Source of the DNA: Oscillospiraceae bacterium
GTDB taxonomy: Bacteria > Bacillota > Clostridia > Oscillospirales > Ruminococcaceae
Length of the DNA stretch: 29,650 nucleotides
Assembly (NCBI GenBank): GCA_047973285.1
Contig: JBKEBR010000259.1
Span: 1 to 29,650 of the forward strand
Reading direction: 5' to 3'
The notes below the pieces were generated by a model that worked only from the letters and a program-made list of their open reading frames with translations, did not search any database and was not told the DNA's origin. The first letter of the stretch is position 1; every line of letters begins with the position of its first letter. Positions 10,089 to 19,656 of this stretch are shown in pieces. Both the position numbers and the translations under genes were made by a program.

Positions 10089-10739
10089 ATGGCGAAAACG
10101 CTGTATAGCTTAATTCTCAGCAGCGAGGTTGTGGCCGCCATAGACGGCATTGCCGCCCGCGAGGGGGTAAGCCGTTCGGCCCTTATCAACCACATTTTGG
10201 CAGAGTATGCCAGCCTTTCCACCCCCGAAAAGCGCAGCAAAGACATTGCGCAAACGGCGGGGCAGGCGGCGGGCAATTCCTTCCGGGCGTCGGTTTCGCC
10301 GGGGGGCACCCTAACTCTGCGCACTGTTTTGCAGTACAAGTACAACCCCGCCATCAGCTATGTGGTAGACCTGCGCGAGGAGGACGGCACCATAGGCACC
10401 GTGTACCTTGTACTGCGCAGCCAAAACCAGGATTTGCTGCGGCACATTCGGCAGTTTTTTGCCCTGTGGGCGCAAATGGAAGGGCAGTACCTGCCGGCGC
10501 CCCCCGGCAAAAGCAGCTATACGGCAAACACCCACCGCTACGGGCGGCAGCTGCGCAGCCCCCAAAGCGAACCCAGCGGGCAGCAAACAGGCCTTGCCCT
10601 GGCGGAATACATTACCCTGCTGGACGCCTGCCTGCAAAGCTTTTTCAAATACCCCGGCAACCCCGCCGCGGCGGCAGAACTTGCAGAGGCCCATTACCGC
10701 CGCAGCCTGCCCGGTTTGGGGCTTGCCCTGTATCTTTAA
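10089..10739 (+). CDS. Ribbon-helix-helix (CopG/Arc/MetJ-like) DNA-binding protein with an unrecognised C-terminal domain
   Basis: N-terminal YSLILSSEVVAAIDGIAAREGVSRSALINHILAEY fits the strand-helix-G.SRS-helix RHH pattern. RBS GAAAGGGG. Confidence 0.8.
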   Translation: MAKTLYSLILSSEVVAAIDGIAAREGVSRSALINHILAEYASLSTPEKRSKDIAQTAGQAAGNSFRASVSPGGTLTLRTVLQYKYNPAISYVVDLREEDGTIGTVYLVLRSQNQDLLRHIRQFFALWAQMEGQYLPAPPGKSSYTANTHRYGRQLRSPQSEPSGQQTGLALAEYITLLDACLQSFFKYPGNPAAAAELAEAHYRRSLPGLGLALYL

Positions 10740-10781
10740 AAAATTCAACCAATACGCATCATACGAAAGGGGCCTTGGAAT

Positions 10782-13385
10782 ATGGACCTTCAAAAATTCA
10801 CACAAAAATCGAGAGACGCCGTGCTTGCGGCACAAAATATTGCCCTGGAATACCAAAACCAGGCGCTGGAGCAGGAGCATTTGCTGTATGCCCTGCTCAC
10901 CCAGGAAAATAGCCTGATTGCCCAGCTGTTAAAAAAAATGGGCATTGAGCCCGGCAACATGCAGGCGGCGGTCATTCAAAAAATAGAGGGCTTTCCCCGC
11001 GTAAGCGGCAATGGCCGCGAAGCCGACAAAATTTACATCACGCAAGATTTGGACAAGGCCCTGCTGGCCGCCGAAAAGCAGGCCAAAGCCATGAAAGACG
11101 AATATGTTTCGGTAGAGCATTTGGTGCTGGGGCTTCTGGCCGCCCCCGGCAAGGGTATCAGCGAAATTTTCAAAACCTTCGGCGTGCAGAAAAACGCGTT
11201 TCTGGAGGCGCTGGCAGCTGTGCGCGGCAACACCCGCGTAACCTCCGACAACCCCGAAGAAACCTATGATGTGCTGAATAAATATGGGCAAGAGCTGGTG
11301 GAGCTGGCCCGCAAGCAAAAGCTGGACCCGGTTATTGGCCGCGACGCCGAAATACGCAATGTCATCCGCATTCTTTCCCGTAAAACCAAAAACAACCCGG
11401 TGCTTATTGGCGAGCCCGGCGTTGGCAAAACCGCCATTGCCGAGGGCCTTGCCCAGCGCATTGTGCGGGGCGACGTGCCCGACAGCCTGCGCGACCGCAA
11501 AATTTTCTCTTTGGATATGGGCTCGCTTGTGGCGGGCGCAAAATATCGCGGTGAATTTGAAGAGCGCCTTAAAAGCGTGCTGCAGGAAATTCAAAAGTCT
11601 GAAGGGCAGATCATTCTGTTTATCGATGAGCTGCACACCATTGTGGGCGCGGGCAAAACCGAAGGGGCCATGGACGCGGGCAACCTGCTGAAGCCCCTGC
11701 TGGCCCGGGGCGAGCTGCACTGTATTGGCGCCACCACCCTCAACGAATACCGCCAGTACATCGAAAAAGACGCCGCGCTGGAGCGGCGCTTCCAGCCGGT
11801 AATGGTAGACCAGCCAACGGTAGAAGACACCATCTCCATTTTGCGCGGCATTAAAGAGCGCTATGAAATTTTCCACGGTGTAAAAATTACCGACGGCGCC
11901 CTTATTTCGGCGGCGGTGCTTTCCGACCGGTATATCTCCGACCGCTTCCTGCCGGACAAAGCCATTGACCTTGTAGACGAGGCCTGCGCCATGATTCGCA
12001 CCGAAATGGACACCAGCCCCGCCGAAATGGATGACCTGCAACGAAAAATTATGCAAAACGAAATTGAAGAGGCGGCGCTGAAAAAAGAAACCGACAACCT
12101 TTCAAAAGAGCATTTGGCGGAAATACGCAAAGAACTTGCCTCCATGCGGGAGGAATACGCCGCCATGAAGGCCCGCTGGGAAAACGAGAAGGAAGCCATT
12201 AACAAGGTGCAGCACCTGCGCGAGGAGCTGGATAAGGTAAACGCCGAGGTGGAAAAGGCCGAGCGGGAATACGACCTGAACAAGGCCGCCGAGCTGAAAT
12301 ACGGCCGCCTGCCCGAGCTGCAAAAGCAACTGGCAGAGCAGGAAAAGAAAGCCGAAGAAAACGAGCAGGACGGCCAGCTGCTGCACGACAGGGTAACCGA
12401 TGAAGAGATAAGCCGCATTGTGGCCCGCTGGACGGGCATTCCCGTGAGCAAGCTGATGGAAAGCGAGCGCGACAAGCTGCTGCATATAGACAGCCAGCTG
12501 CACCAGCGGGTAATTGGCCAAAATGAAGCGGTTACCAAGGTAAGCGAGGCCATTTTGCGCAGCCGCGCCGGCATTCAAGACGAAAACCGCCCCATTGGCT
12601 CCTTTCTGTTCCTGGGGCCAACGGGCGTTGGCAAAACCGAGCTGGGCAAGGCGCTGGCCGAAGCCCTGTTCGACGACGAGCGCAACATTGTGCGCATCGA
12701 CATGAGCGAGTACATGGAAAAACATGCCGTAAGCCGCTTAATCGGCGCGCCTCCGGGGTATGTGGGCTACGAGGAGGGCGGCCAGCTTACCGAGGCCGTG
12801 CGCCGCAAACCCTATTCGGTGGTGCTATTTGACGAAATAGAAAAGGCCCACCCCGATGTGTTCAACGTTTTGTTGCAGGTGCTGGACGATGGCCGCATTA
12901 CCGACAGCCAGGGCCGCACGGTAGACTTTAAAAATACCATTATTATTATGACCTCAAACCTTGGCAGCGGCTTTATTCTGGAAGGCATTAAAAACGACGA
13001 AATTACCGAAGAAGCCCGCCTGCGGGTAGACAGCCTGCTGAAAACCAGCTTCCGGCCTGAATTTTTAAACCGGCTGGACGAAATTATCTACTTCAAACCG
13101 CTGGCAAAAACCGAAATTAAAGCGGTGGTAGACCTGCTGCTCAAAGACCTTGCCAAACGCCTGGAAGACCGCCAGCTTATTTTGGTGGTAACCGAAACGG
13201 CCAAGCAGCACATTGTGGACGAAGGCTACGACCCGGTGTACGGCGCCCGCCCGTTGAAGCGCTTTATTCAAAGCCGGGTAGAAACCCTGCTCGCCCGTGA
13301 AATTATTGCGGGCAACCCCGAGGCCGGTACGGTGCTTACCGTAGATGTAAAGGACGGCGCCTTAACCATAACCTCCAAAAAATAA
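10782..13385 (+). CDS. clpB: ATP-dependent disaggregase ClpB
   Basis: 867 aa; Clp N domain, two AAA+ modules ([16 protein letters not shown]), long coiled-coil middle domain with [13 protein letters not shown], and [13 protein letters not shown]. Confidence 0.98.
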   Translation: MDLQKFTQKSRDAVLAAQNIALEYQNQALEQEHLLYALLTQENSLIAQLLKKMGIEPGNMQAAVIQKIEGFPRVSGNGREADKIYITQDLDKALLAAEKQAKAMKDEYVSVEHLVLGLLAAPGKGISEIFKTFGVQKNAFLEALAAVRGNTRVTSDNPEETYDVLNKYGQELVELARKQKLDPVIGRDAEIRNVIRILSRKTKNNPVLIGEPGVGKTAIAEGLAQRIVRGDVPDSLRDRKIFSLDMGSLVAGAKYRGEFEERLKSVLQEIQKSEGQIILFIDELHTIVGAGKTEGAMDAGNLLKPLLARGELHCIGATTLNEYRQYIEKDAALERRFQPVMVDQPTVEDTISILRGIKERYEIFHGVKITDGALISAAVLSDRYISDRFLPDKAIDLVDEACAMIRTEMDTSPAEMDDLQRKIMQNEIEEAALKKETDNLSKEHLAEIRKELASMREEYAAMKARWENEKEAINKVQHLREELDKVNAEVEKAEREYDLNKAAELKYGRLPELQKQLAEQEKKAEENEQDGQLLHDRVTDEEISRIVARWTGIPVSKLMESERDKLLHIDSQLHQRVIGQNEAVTKVSEAILRSRAGIQDENRPIGSFLFLGPTGVGKTELGKALAEALFDDERNIVRIDMSEYMEKHAVSRLIGAPPGYVGYEEGGQLTEAVRRKPYSVVLFDEIEKAHPDVFNVLLQVLDDGRITDSQGRTVDFKNTIIIMTSNLGSGFILEGIKNDEITEEARLRVDSLLKTSFRPEFLNRLDEIIYFKPLAKTEIKAVVDLLLKDLAKRLEDRQLILVVTETAKQHIVDEGYDPVYGARPLKRFIQSRVETLLAREIIAGNPEAGTVLTVDVKDGALTITSKK

Positions 13386-13414
13386 GCGGTAAAAAAGGCT
13401 GTCAATAAAAAACG

Positions 13415-13451
13415 AAAGAGAAGCGCGCAAGCCTGCACGCTTCTCTTTTTT
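13415..13451 (+). terminator. Intrinsic terminator after clpB
   Basis: AAAGAGAAGCG...CGCTTCTCTTTTTT. Confidence 0.85.
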
Positions 13452-13646
13452 GTAATACTATTTTAATATTATGCTAATTATCGCTATTTTTTGTAACCTG
13501 GCTGTTGTGGAATTGGCAAAATTGCCGTGCTATAATCGAGCCATAAACCGCCTGGGGCAAAACGTTTTCTTTGTTTTACAGGCGGCCCGCGGGGGCCTTG
13601 GCCGCTGCGGCATTGCCCCAATATGGGCGGCCCAAAGGAGAATATC

Positions 13647-15179
13647 ATGAAAAAATGGGTTTGTATTTTTACGGCGGCGCTGCTGCTGGTTAGCTTGGCG
13701 GGCTGCGCCGCCTCCGGCGCACAGCAGAACGAGGCCGCTGCCACCAGCGGGTATTACCCTGCGGGCGGCTATGAAGACACAGAGGAATGGCGTTACCAGC
13801 CAACCGACCCGGAGGAGGAATATGACAATTCCCCGGAAACGCCCTTTAAAGAGGTGGCAACCAGCCCTCTCTCCACCTTTTCTTCCGATGTGGACACCGC
13901 GTCTTACAGCAATATGCGCCGTTTTATCAACAACGGGCAGGCCCCCGAAGGGGTGCGCATAGAAGAGCTTGTCAATTATTTTGACTACAGCTACCCTCGC
14001 CCAAAGGCCGGCAGCGAGCACCCTTTTTCCATTACTGCCGAGGTGGCCCCCTGCCCCTGGAACCCCGAAAACCAGCTGGCAATGGTGGGCATACAGGGCA
14101 TGGAACTGGAAAGCGCTGGAAAAACCGCAAGCAACATTGTTTTTCTTTTGGACGTTTCGGGCTCTATGAGCGATGAAAACAAGCTGCTGCTGGAAAAGCT
14201 GGATGAAAACGACAGGGTGTCGATTGTAACCTACGCGGGCAGCGACAAGGTAATTGCCGAGGGCGTGCCCGGCAGCCAGTGGCAAAAGCTGAGCGGCTTA
14301 ATAGACAGCCTTTCCTCGGGCGGCAGCACGGCGGGCGCCAAAGGGCTGGAAACAGCCTACCGCCTTGCCCGGGAAAATTTTATAGAGGGGGGCAACAACC
14401 GCATTATCCTTGCCACCGACGGCGACTTTAACGTTGGCCCCAGCAGTGAAGATGCCCTTAAAAAAATGGTGGAAACCGAGCGGGAAGCGGGTATCTCCAT
14501 CAGCGTGCTGGGGTTTGGCATGTACAATTTAAAGGACAATAAAATGGAAACCATTGCCGATTACGGCAACGGCAACTACGCCTATATAGACACCCTGCAA
14601 GAGGCGCGCAAGGTGCTGGTGGACGAATTTGAATCTACCATGTTCACCATTGCGCAAGACTTGAAAATTCAGGTGGAATTCAACCCCGAAGTGGTGGTCC
14701 GGTACCGTTTAATTGGCTACAACAACCGCCGCCTGGAAAACGAAGATTTTGACAACGACCAAAAGGACGCCGGGGACATTGGGGCGGGGCACAGCGTAAC
14801 CGCGTTTTACGAGCTGGTGCTGGTGGAGGCCGAAGGGTCCTCCTCCGGCGGCGGGCTTACCTACCAGCAACCCCAAACCACAGGCAGCAGCGACTATATG
14901 CTGGTAAAGGTGCGCTACAAGCAGCCGGGCGAAAACGAGAGCAAACTGGTGGAACAAGCGGTGGGGCAGCAAAGCTTTGCCAGCAAACCAAGTGAAAACT
15001 TTGCCTTTGCCAGCGCCGTGGCGGAATTTGGCCTTATCGTAACCGGTTCTGCCTAGAGGGCAAACAGCAGCGTGGAAACTGTGCTAAACCGGGCCAAGCA
15101 AAATGCGGGCGGCGACGAATACGGCCTGCGGGCCGAGTTTGCCGAATTGGTTGAAAAATACCAAAAAATAATGGAATAA
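13647..15179 (+). pseudogene. YfbK-like von Willebrand factor A lipoprotein with an apparent internal deletion and an in-frame TAG at 15054-15056
   Basis: Lipobox LAGC; PLSTFSSDVDTASY, VRIEELVNYFDY, MIDAS DVSGS, ILATDGDFNVG, DAGDIGAGHSVTAFYE. After the TAG the frame continues 40 codons (...GGDEYGLRAEFAELVEKY...) to TAA 15177-15179. Confidence 0.85.
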
Positions 15180-15184
15180 ATAAA

Positions 15185-15228
15185 AGGCGCCCGCAAAAGC
15201 TTTATTACACAGCTTTCTGCGGGTGCCC
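15185..15228. terminator. Hairpin between the convergent vWA and GNAT genes
   Basis: AGGCGCCCGCA-AAAGCT...AGCTTT-C-TGCGGGTGCCT, 5 nt after the TAA at 15179, which supports that TAA as the original stop. Confidence 0.7.
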
Positions 15229-15285
15229 TATATTATATATATTAAATAGAAATAAACTGCCAAAGCCCGACAGGGGAAAGGCTTT

Positions 15286-15807
15286 TTACAAAAGCTTGTC
15301 AAAGGCAAGCCGTTCGGCCCCGTTTTCGGCCCCGCGGCCAAGGTAAATAATGCCCCGGTACACAAACCCCTGGCCGGTTAAAAACTTTTGCATGGGCAGG
15401 TTTTGGCGGTGGGTATCCACCCGCAGGCCTTTTATACCCATTTCTATTGTTTTTTGCTGCAAGCCCAGCAGCAAAGCGGCCGCCGCGCCGCTGCCCCGAA
15501 AGGCCGAAGATACGGCAATGCGGTGTATGGTGGCGTATGCCTCGGGGGTTGCCCACGCGCCATCGTAAATATTGTTGTAGTCTCCCTCAATGCCGGGAAT
15601 AAGGGCGGCGGTGCCCGCCACCCGGCCCTCGGCCTCCAGCACATACGAATGGCCGTTTGCAATATCCTGCTCAAACACCTGCCGGTTGGGGTAGCCGTTT
15701 TGCCACTGGTTTACGCCCTGCCCTTTTAAAAAGCCCTGGGCCTCTGTAATAATAAGGATAATATCGGCAATATCTGTTTTGGCGGCGGTGCGTACGGTAA
15801 ACTGCAT
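15286..15807 (-). CDS. GNAT-family N-acetyltransferase
   Basis: GVNQWQNGYPN, YATIHRIAVSSAFRGSGAA and LRVDTHRQNLPMQKFL..GF.YRG. RBS GGGAGGG before ATG 15807. Confidence 0.9.
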   Translation of the reverse strand: MQFTVRTAAKTDIADIILIITEAQGFLKGQGVNQWQNGYPNRQVFEQDIANGHSYVLEAEGRVAGTAALIPGIEGDYNNIYDGAWATPEAYATIHRIAVSSAFRGSGAAAALLLGLQQKTIEMGIKGLRVDTHRQNLPMQKFLTGQGFVYRGIIYLGRGAENGAERLAFDKLL

Positions 15808-16026
15808 GAAAAACCCTCCCTGGGCAATAGTGAAAAAATATGCGGTAAAAAAATTATACCACGCCGCTGCCACGGTGGGAATAGTGAATATTAATTAATT
15901 AAAATTGGTATAAAAACAGCTGGGCAAAGCCTTTTGAAAGCCAAAAACCAGGCGTGAATAAGAGAGGAAATGTAGAAATTTACAAGTGGCGGCGGGGTTG
16001 AAGGCGGAAATATGGAGAAAATGCCA

Positions 16027-16071
16027 TACTTATAAAAATACATTGACAAAGTATAAATATTCAATTATAAT
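16027..16071 (+). promoter_or_regulatory. Consensus SigA promoter overlapped by tandem ArgR/AhrC (ARG) boxes
   Basis: TTGACA (16043-16048), 17 bp spacer, TATAAT (16066-16071). 18-mers TACTTATAAAAATACATT (16027-16044) and AAAGTATAAATATTCAAT (16048-16065) are 3 bp apart. Confidence 0.75.
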
Positions 16072-16137
16072 AATAAAAAATCAAGTTACACTTGGGCCGC
16101 ACACCACAGCCCATACAACAAGGAGTGAAAGTTTGTT

Positions 16138-16977
16138 ATGAAAAAATTACTGGCAACAGCATTGGCAACCCTTATGGTAGTAAGCCTCGCCGCCTGCGGC
16201 GGCGCGGCCTCTTCTTCTTCCGCGGCGGCGTCTGCCGCCTCTTCCACCAGCGAAGCAGCCTCGGCCTCGGCGGCCGGCGGCAAGCTGGACGCCATCAAGC
16301 AGGCGGGCAAGCTGGTTATGCTTACCAACGCCGAAGTCCCCCCTTTTGAATACCTTGGCGAAGGCGGCGCCGTGTCCGGCGTAGACGTTGACCTGGCCCA
16401 GCTGGTTGCCGACGAGCTTGGCGTGGAACTGGAAATTGTAAATATGGACTTCGATTTGCTGATTGAAGCCATGAACAGCGGCAAAGGCGACATTGTGGCC
16501 GCTGGCATGAGCATTACCGAAGAGCGCAAGCAGCAGGTAGACTTCTCTATTCCTTATGTAGACACCACCATTCTTATTGTGGTGCCGGTTGGCAGCACCA
16601 TTGCCTCGGCCGACGACCTTGCCGGCAAAACCATTGCCGTACAGGAGGCCACCACCAGCGACCTGTTTGTAACCGACAATGTGGAGGCAAAAGAAATTCT
16701 GCGCTTTAAAAGCGCCGTAGAAGCGGGCACCACAGTTACCACCGGCAAGGCCGATGTGGCTGTGCTGGACAAGCTTACCGCCCAAAACGTGGTAGATGCC
16801 ACCGACGGCCAGCTTGCCCTGCTGGAAGAGCCTGTTTCGCAGGAACAATACGCTATGGCGCTGCCCAAGGGCAATGAAGACCTGCTGGCCCTGGTAGATG
16901 AAGTGCTGGGCAAAGCGGTGGCCGCCGATGAAGTAAACGCCTTAATTGCCAAACACATGGCGCTTTCCAACGGCTAA
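16138..16977 (+). CDS. Polar amino acid ABC transporter substrate-binding lipoprotein (family 3), likely arginine
   Basis: Lipobox LAAC, Ser/Ala linker, TNAE.PPFEY, GVDVDLA, AGMSITEERKQQVDFS.PY. Confidence 0.92.
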   Translation: MKKLLATALATLMVVSLAACGGAASSSSAAASAASSTSEAASASAAGGKLDAIKQAGKLVMLTNAEVPPFEYLGEGGAVSGVDVDLAQLVADELGVELEIVNMDFDLLIEAMNSGKGDIVAAGMSITEERKQQVDFSIPYVDTTILIVVPVGSTIASADDLAGKTIAVQEATTSDLFVTDNVEAKEILRFKSAVEAGTTVTTGKADVAVLDKLTAQNVVDATDGQLALLEEPVSQEQYAMALPKGNEDLLALVDEVLGKAVAADEVNALIAKHMALSNG

Positions 16978-17034
16978 ACACGGTGCCCGGTAAAGCTTTA
17001 AAAACAACAGGCAAAAATATGGCAGGAAGCTGGC

Positions 17035-17063
17035 TTGGCTGGCTTCCTGCTGTGTGTTATAAT
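17035..17063 (+). promoter_or_regulatory. Candidate internal promoter for the permease and ATPase genes
   Basis: TTGGCT, 17 bp spacer, TG-extended TATAAT (17058-17063), overlapping hairpin GCAGGAAGC...GCTTCCTGC (17022-17050). Confidence 0.5.
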
Positions 17064-17443
17064 TACACAAGCATGGCAGGGCACAAGGGCCGCTGCAACT
17101 TGTACGGCATTTTTTGCCAAACAAAAGCTGCGGGCAATGCCCGTTGAATTGGCGGGCGCAAAGTGCCTCAAAAATTCGCGGGAAAAGCGGTGGCAAACCC
17201 TGCCGGCGGCTGTGTGCAGTGCAAATTTTTTACCAAAGGGCGCGGCGTTGCAGGGCATTTTGCGCCAAAGCGGGTGGGGCTGCTTAAAAAACGGCGGCTC
17301 CCACGTTTGCCATACACTTTGTGTATGACCGCTGCGCGTTCGGCGCGGCCGTGAAAAAGCAGAGCGTTTCTGCCTAAAACGGCCGGTGCCCGAAGGCCGC
17401 AAGCAAGGGCGGGTTTGCGCCCAAAAGGGGAGAGAAAGCCTGA

Positions 17444-18163
17444 ATGAACTGGGAAAAGCTGTTGGAAAACCTGTACGGCGCCCTTATTAAAGAAGACCGC
17501 TGGAAGCTGTATTTACAGGGCCTTGCGGTAACGCTGCAAATAGCGGCCATTGCCTGTGCCATTGGCATTGTGCTGGGCCTTTTGGTTGCGGTGGTTAAAA
17601 TTTATGCGGCAAATACCAAAAAGCCCAACAGGGGCGGGGCCGCCGCCGCGGGCTATGGCATTTTGCGGGTGCTGAACACGGTTTGCAATTTTTATACCAC
17701 CGTTATACGGGGCACGCCTGTGGTGGTGCAGCTGCTTATTTTGTACAGCTTCAGCTTTATGCCAAACGGGCTGGTGGCTTCCATTATTGGGTTTGGCATC
17801 AATTCGGGGGCCTATGTTTCTGAAATATTCCGCGGCGGCATCAACTCGGTAGACAGCGGCCAAATGGAAGCGGGCCGTTCGCTGGGGCTTTCGCAAAATA
17901 AAACCATGTGGTATGTTGTGCTGCCCCAGGCCATCAAAAATATTTTGCCCTCCCTTTTCAACGAATTTATTTCGCTTGTAAAAGAAACCTCCATTGCGGG
18001 GTATATTGCGGTAAACGACCTTACCAAAATGGCCAACGGCATTAAGGGGCGCACCTTTAACCCGCTTCCTTTTTTTGTGGCGGCCATTTTGTACCTGCTG
18101 CTTACTTTGGGGCTTACCCAGGTGCAGCAAAAAATTGAAAGGAGGCTGGCGCGCAGTGATTGA
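17444..18163 (+). CDS. Polar amino acid ABC transporter permease (HisM/GlnP-like)
   Basis: [17 protein letters not shown] loop [40 protein letters not shown]. Confidence 0.94.
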   Translation: MNWEKLLENLYGALIKEDRWKLYLQGLAVTLQIAAIACAIGIVLGLLVAVVKIYAANTKKPNRGGAAAAGYGILRVLNTVCNFYTTVIRGTPVVVQLLILYSFSFMPNGLVASIIGFGINSGAYVSEIFRGGINSVDSGQMEAGRSLGLSQNKTMWYVVLPQAIKNILPSLFNEFISLVKETSIAGYIAVNDLTKMANGIKGRTFNPLPFFVAAILYLLLTLGLTQVQQKIERRLARSD

Positions 18164-18881
18164 AGTTAAAAGCCTTCAAAAAAACTTTGGCGAGTTGCGG
18201 GTGCTCAACAACATCACCGAAACCATTCAAAAGGGCGAAAAGGTTGCCGTAATAGGCCCCTCCGGCTCGGGCAAAAGCACCTTTCTGCGCTGCCTCAACC
18301 TGCTGGAAACCCCCACAGGCGGCGAAATTTGGTTCAACGGCCAAAATATAACCGCCATCGACAGCCGCGGGGGAGACGCCGTACGCCAGAAAATGGGCAT
18401 GGGGTTCCAGCATTTTAATTTGTTTCCCCATCGTACCATTCGGCAGAACATTACCCTTGCCCCGGTGCAGCTGGGCCTTTTGCCAAAGGCCGAAGCGGAC
18501 GCCGCCGCCGGCAGCCTGCTGCAGCGCATTGGCCTTGCCGACAAGGCCGAAACCTACCCGGCCATGCTTTCGGGCGGGCAAAAGCAGCGGGTGGCCATTG
18601 TGCGCGCCCTTGCCATGAACCCCGAGGTAATGCTATTCGACGAGCCCACCAGCGCCCTTGACCCCGAAATGGTGGGCGAAGTGCTGGATTTAATTCGCGA
18701 GGTGGCCAATGCGGGAATGACCATGGTAATTGTTACCCACGAAATGGGTTTTGCACGGGAGGTTGCCTCCCGGGTAATGTTTATGGATGAGGGCCAGGTA
18801 AAAGAGCAAAACACCCCGGCCCAGCTTTTCAGCAGCCCCAAGGATGAACGGCTGAAAAATTTTCTTTCCAAGGTATTGTAG
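18156..18881 (+). CDS. Polar amino acid ABC transporter ATPase (GlnQ/ArtM-like)
   Basis: [47 protein letters not shown] start after AAGGAGG, overlapping the permease end. Confidence 0.95.
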   Translation: MIEVKSLQKNFGELRVLNNITETIQKGEKVAVIGPSGSGKSTFLRCLNLLETPTGGEIWFNGQNITAIDSRGGDAVRQKMGMGFQHFNLFPHRTIRQNITLAPVQLGLLPKAEADAAAGSLLQRIGLADKAETYPAMLSGGQKQRVAIVRALAMNPEVMLFDEPTSALDPEMVGEVLDLIREVANAGMTMVIVTHEMGFAREVASRVMFMDEGQVKEQNTPAQLFSSPKDERLKNFLSKVL

Positions 18882-18911
18882 AATAAATTGCTTAAAAAAT
18901 ATAGGAAAATA

Positions 18912-18950
18912 CATAAAAATGCGGCGGGCACTGCCCGCCGCATTTTTATG
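18912..18950. terminator. Perfect 19-bp inverted repeat, likely a bidirectional terminator
   Basis: CATAAAAATGCGGCGGGCA-C-TGCCCGCCGCATTTTTATG. Confidence 0.85.
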
Positions 18951-19094
18951 CGAAAAGCACCGGCGGCCCGCCGGCGCAAGAAAACAGTGGCCGCCGGGCA
19001 TTTACGCGGGTGGCTTTCTGCAAAAATAAAAGCCCGAAAAAATGGCAAGAAAAAATGGCGCGGCCTTTGCTGTAAAAAAAACAGCACAAAATGC

Positions 19095-19380
19095 AAATAG
19101 CCATCCCCCGGCTAAGCCGGGGGTATTTCATATACGGGCGTAGCCCTGGAACACTAGCTACACCTCACGTGGCGTAAATAAGGGCCTGACATTCGCGTAG
19201 GTCAAGGAATGTGCATAACTTTAACTGCTCACACTTCTCCCACCTTTACCCTACTTTGGCAACTGCTATATCGCTTTCGTCAGCCTTCTGCATCTCTCTT
19301 TTCTTTTTAGGACATAAAGGAACTCATTTATCGGCAGAAGCCTTTTAAGGAGCCACTCGCCTAGCGAGTGGTTTTCATTA
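19095..19380 (-). mobile_element. Non-autonomous IS200/IS605-family derivative (PATE-like), no transposase
   Basis: Subterminal hairpins CCCCCGGC-TAA-GCCGGGGG (19105-19123) and CCACTCGC-CTA-GCGAGTGG (19353-19371) resemble the ends of clostridial IS200 tnpA elements as I recall them. Composition differs from the flanks and no long ORF is present. Boundaries are approximate. Confidence 0.75.
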
Positions 19381-19656
19381 TACAAAGAAGGCGGCGCAAA
19401 ACATGCCCCGCCAACAAAACCTTCGTTTTAAAAAATACTGCCGAAGAGGCGTTCAATGGCCCGGCAGGCGGCGGGCCCCAATTGGCAGGCCTCGGTATGC
19501 AAATGAAAAATAAAAGTTGCCAAAGGGTAAATGCCCCGCCCCGGGGTTTCGCCGGGCAGCCATTTCAGCATAAAAACAAAGCCCGCCTGCAAAAATATGC
19601 CCTGTTTTTCCCGTAAAGGCGGGCGCGGCGGGCCAGCCGGCAAACGCAGGGCAGGG

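Noticed and set aside
9990..10781. CtsR or CIRCE operators for clpB
   Set aside because: No GGTCAAA direct repeat and no TTAGCACTC-N9-GAGTGCTAA in either upstream region.
5395..13605. Shared 14-mer GGGGCCTTGGCCGC at 5395-5408 and 13592-13605
   Set aside because: Only two copies, in GGCC-rich spacers, with no extended similarity; chance cannot be excluded.
17180..17290. T-box before the ABC permease (AAGCGGTGGCAAACC, AAGCGGGTGGGG)
   Set aside because: No GGTGGnACC match, no stem I motifs and no following terminator.
19217..19327. Small minus-strand ORFs or a tnpA remnant inside the mini element
   Set aside because: Under 20 codons and no HUH or catalytic Tyr motif; cannot be supported without an alignment.
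18950..19650. CRISPR array or tRNA in the long non-coding gap
   Set aside because: No regularly spaced direct repeats and no cloverleaf or T-loop pattern.
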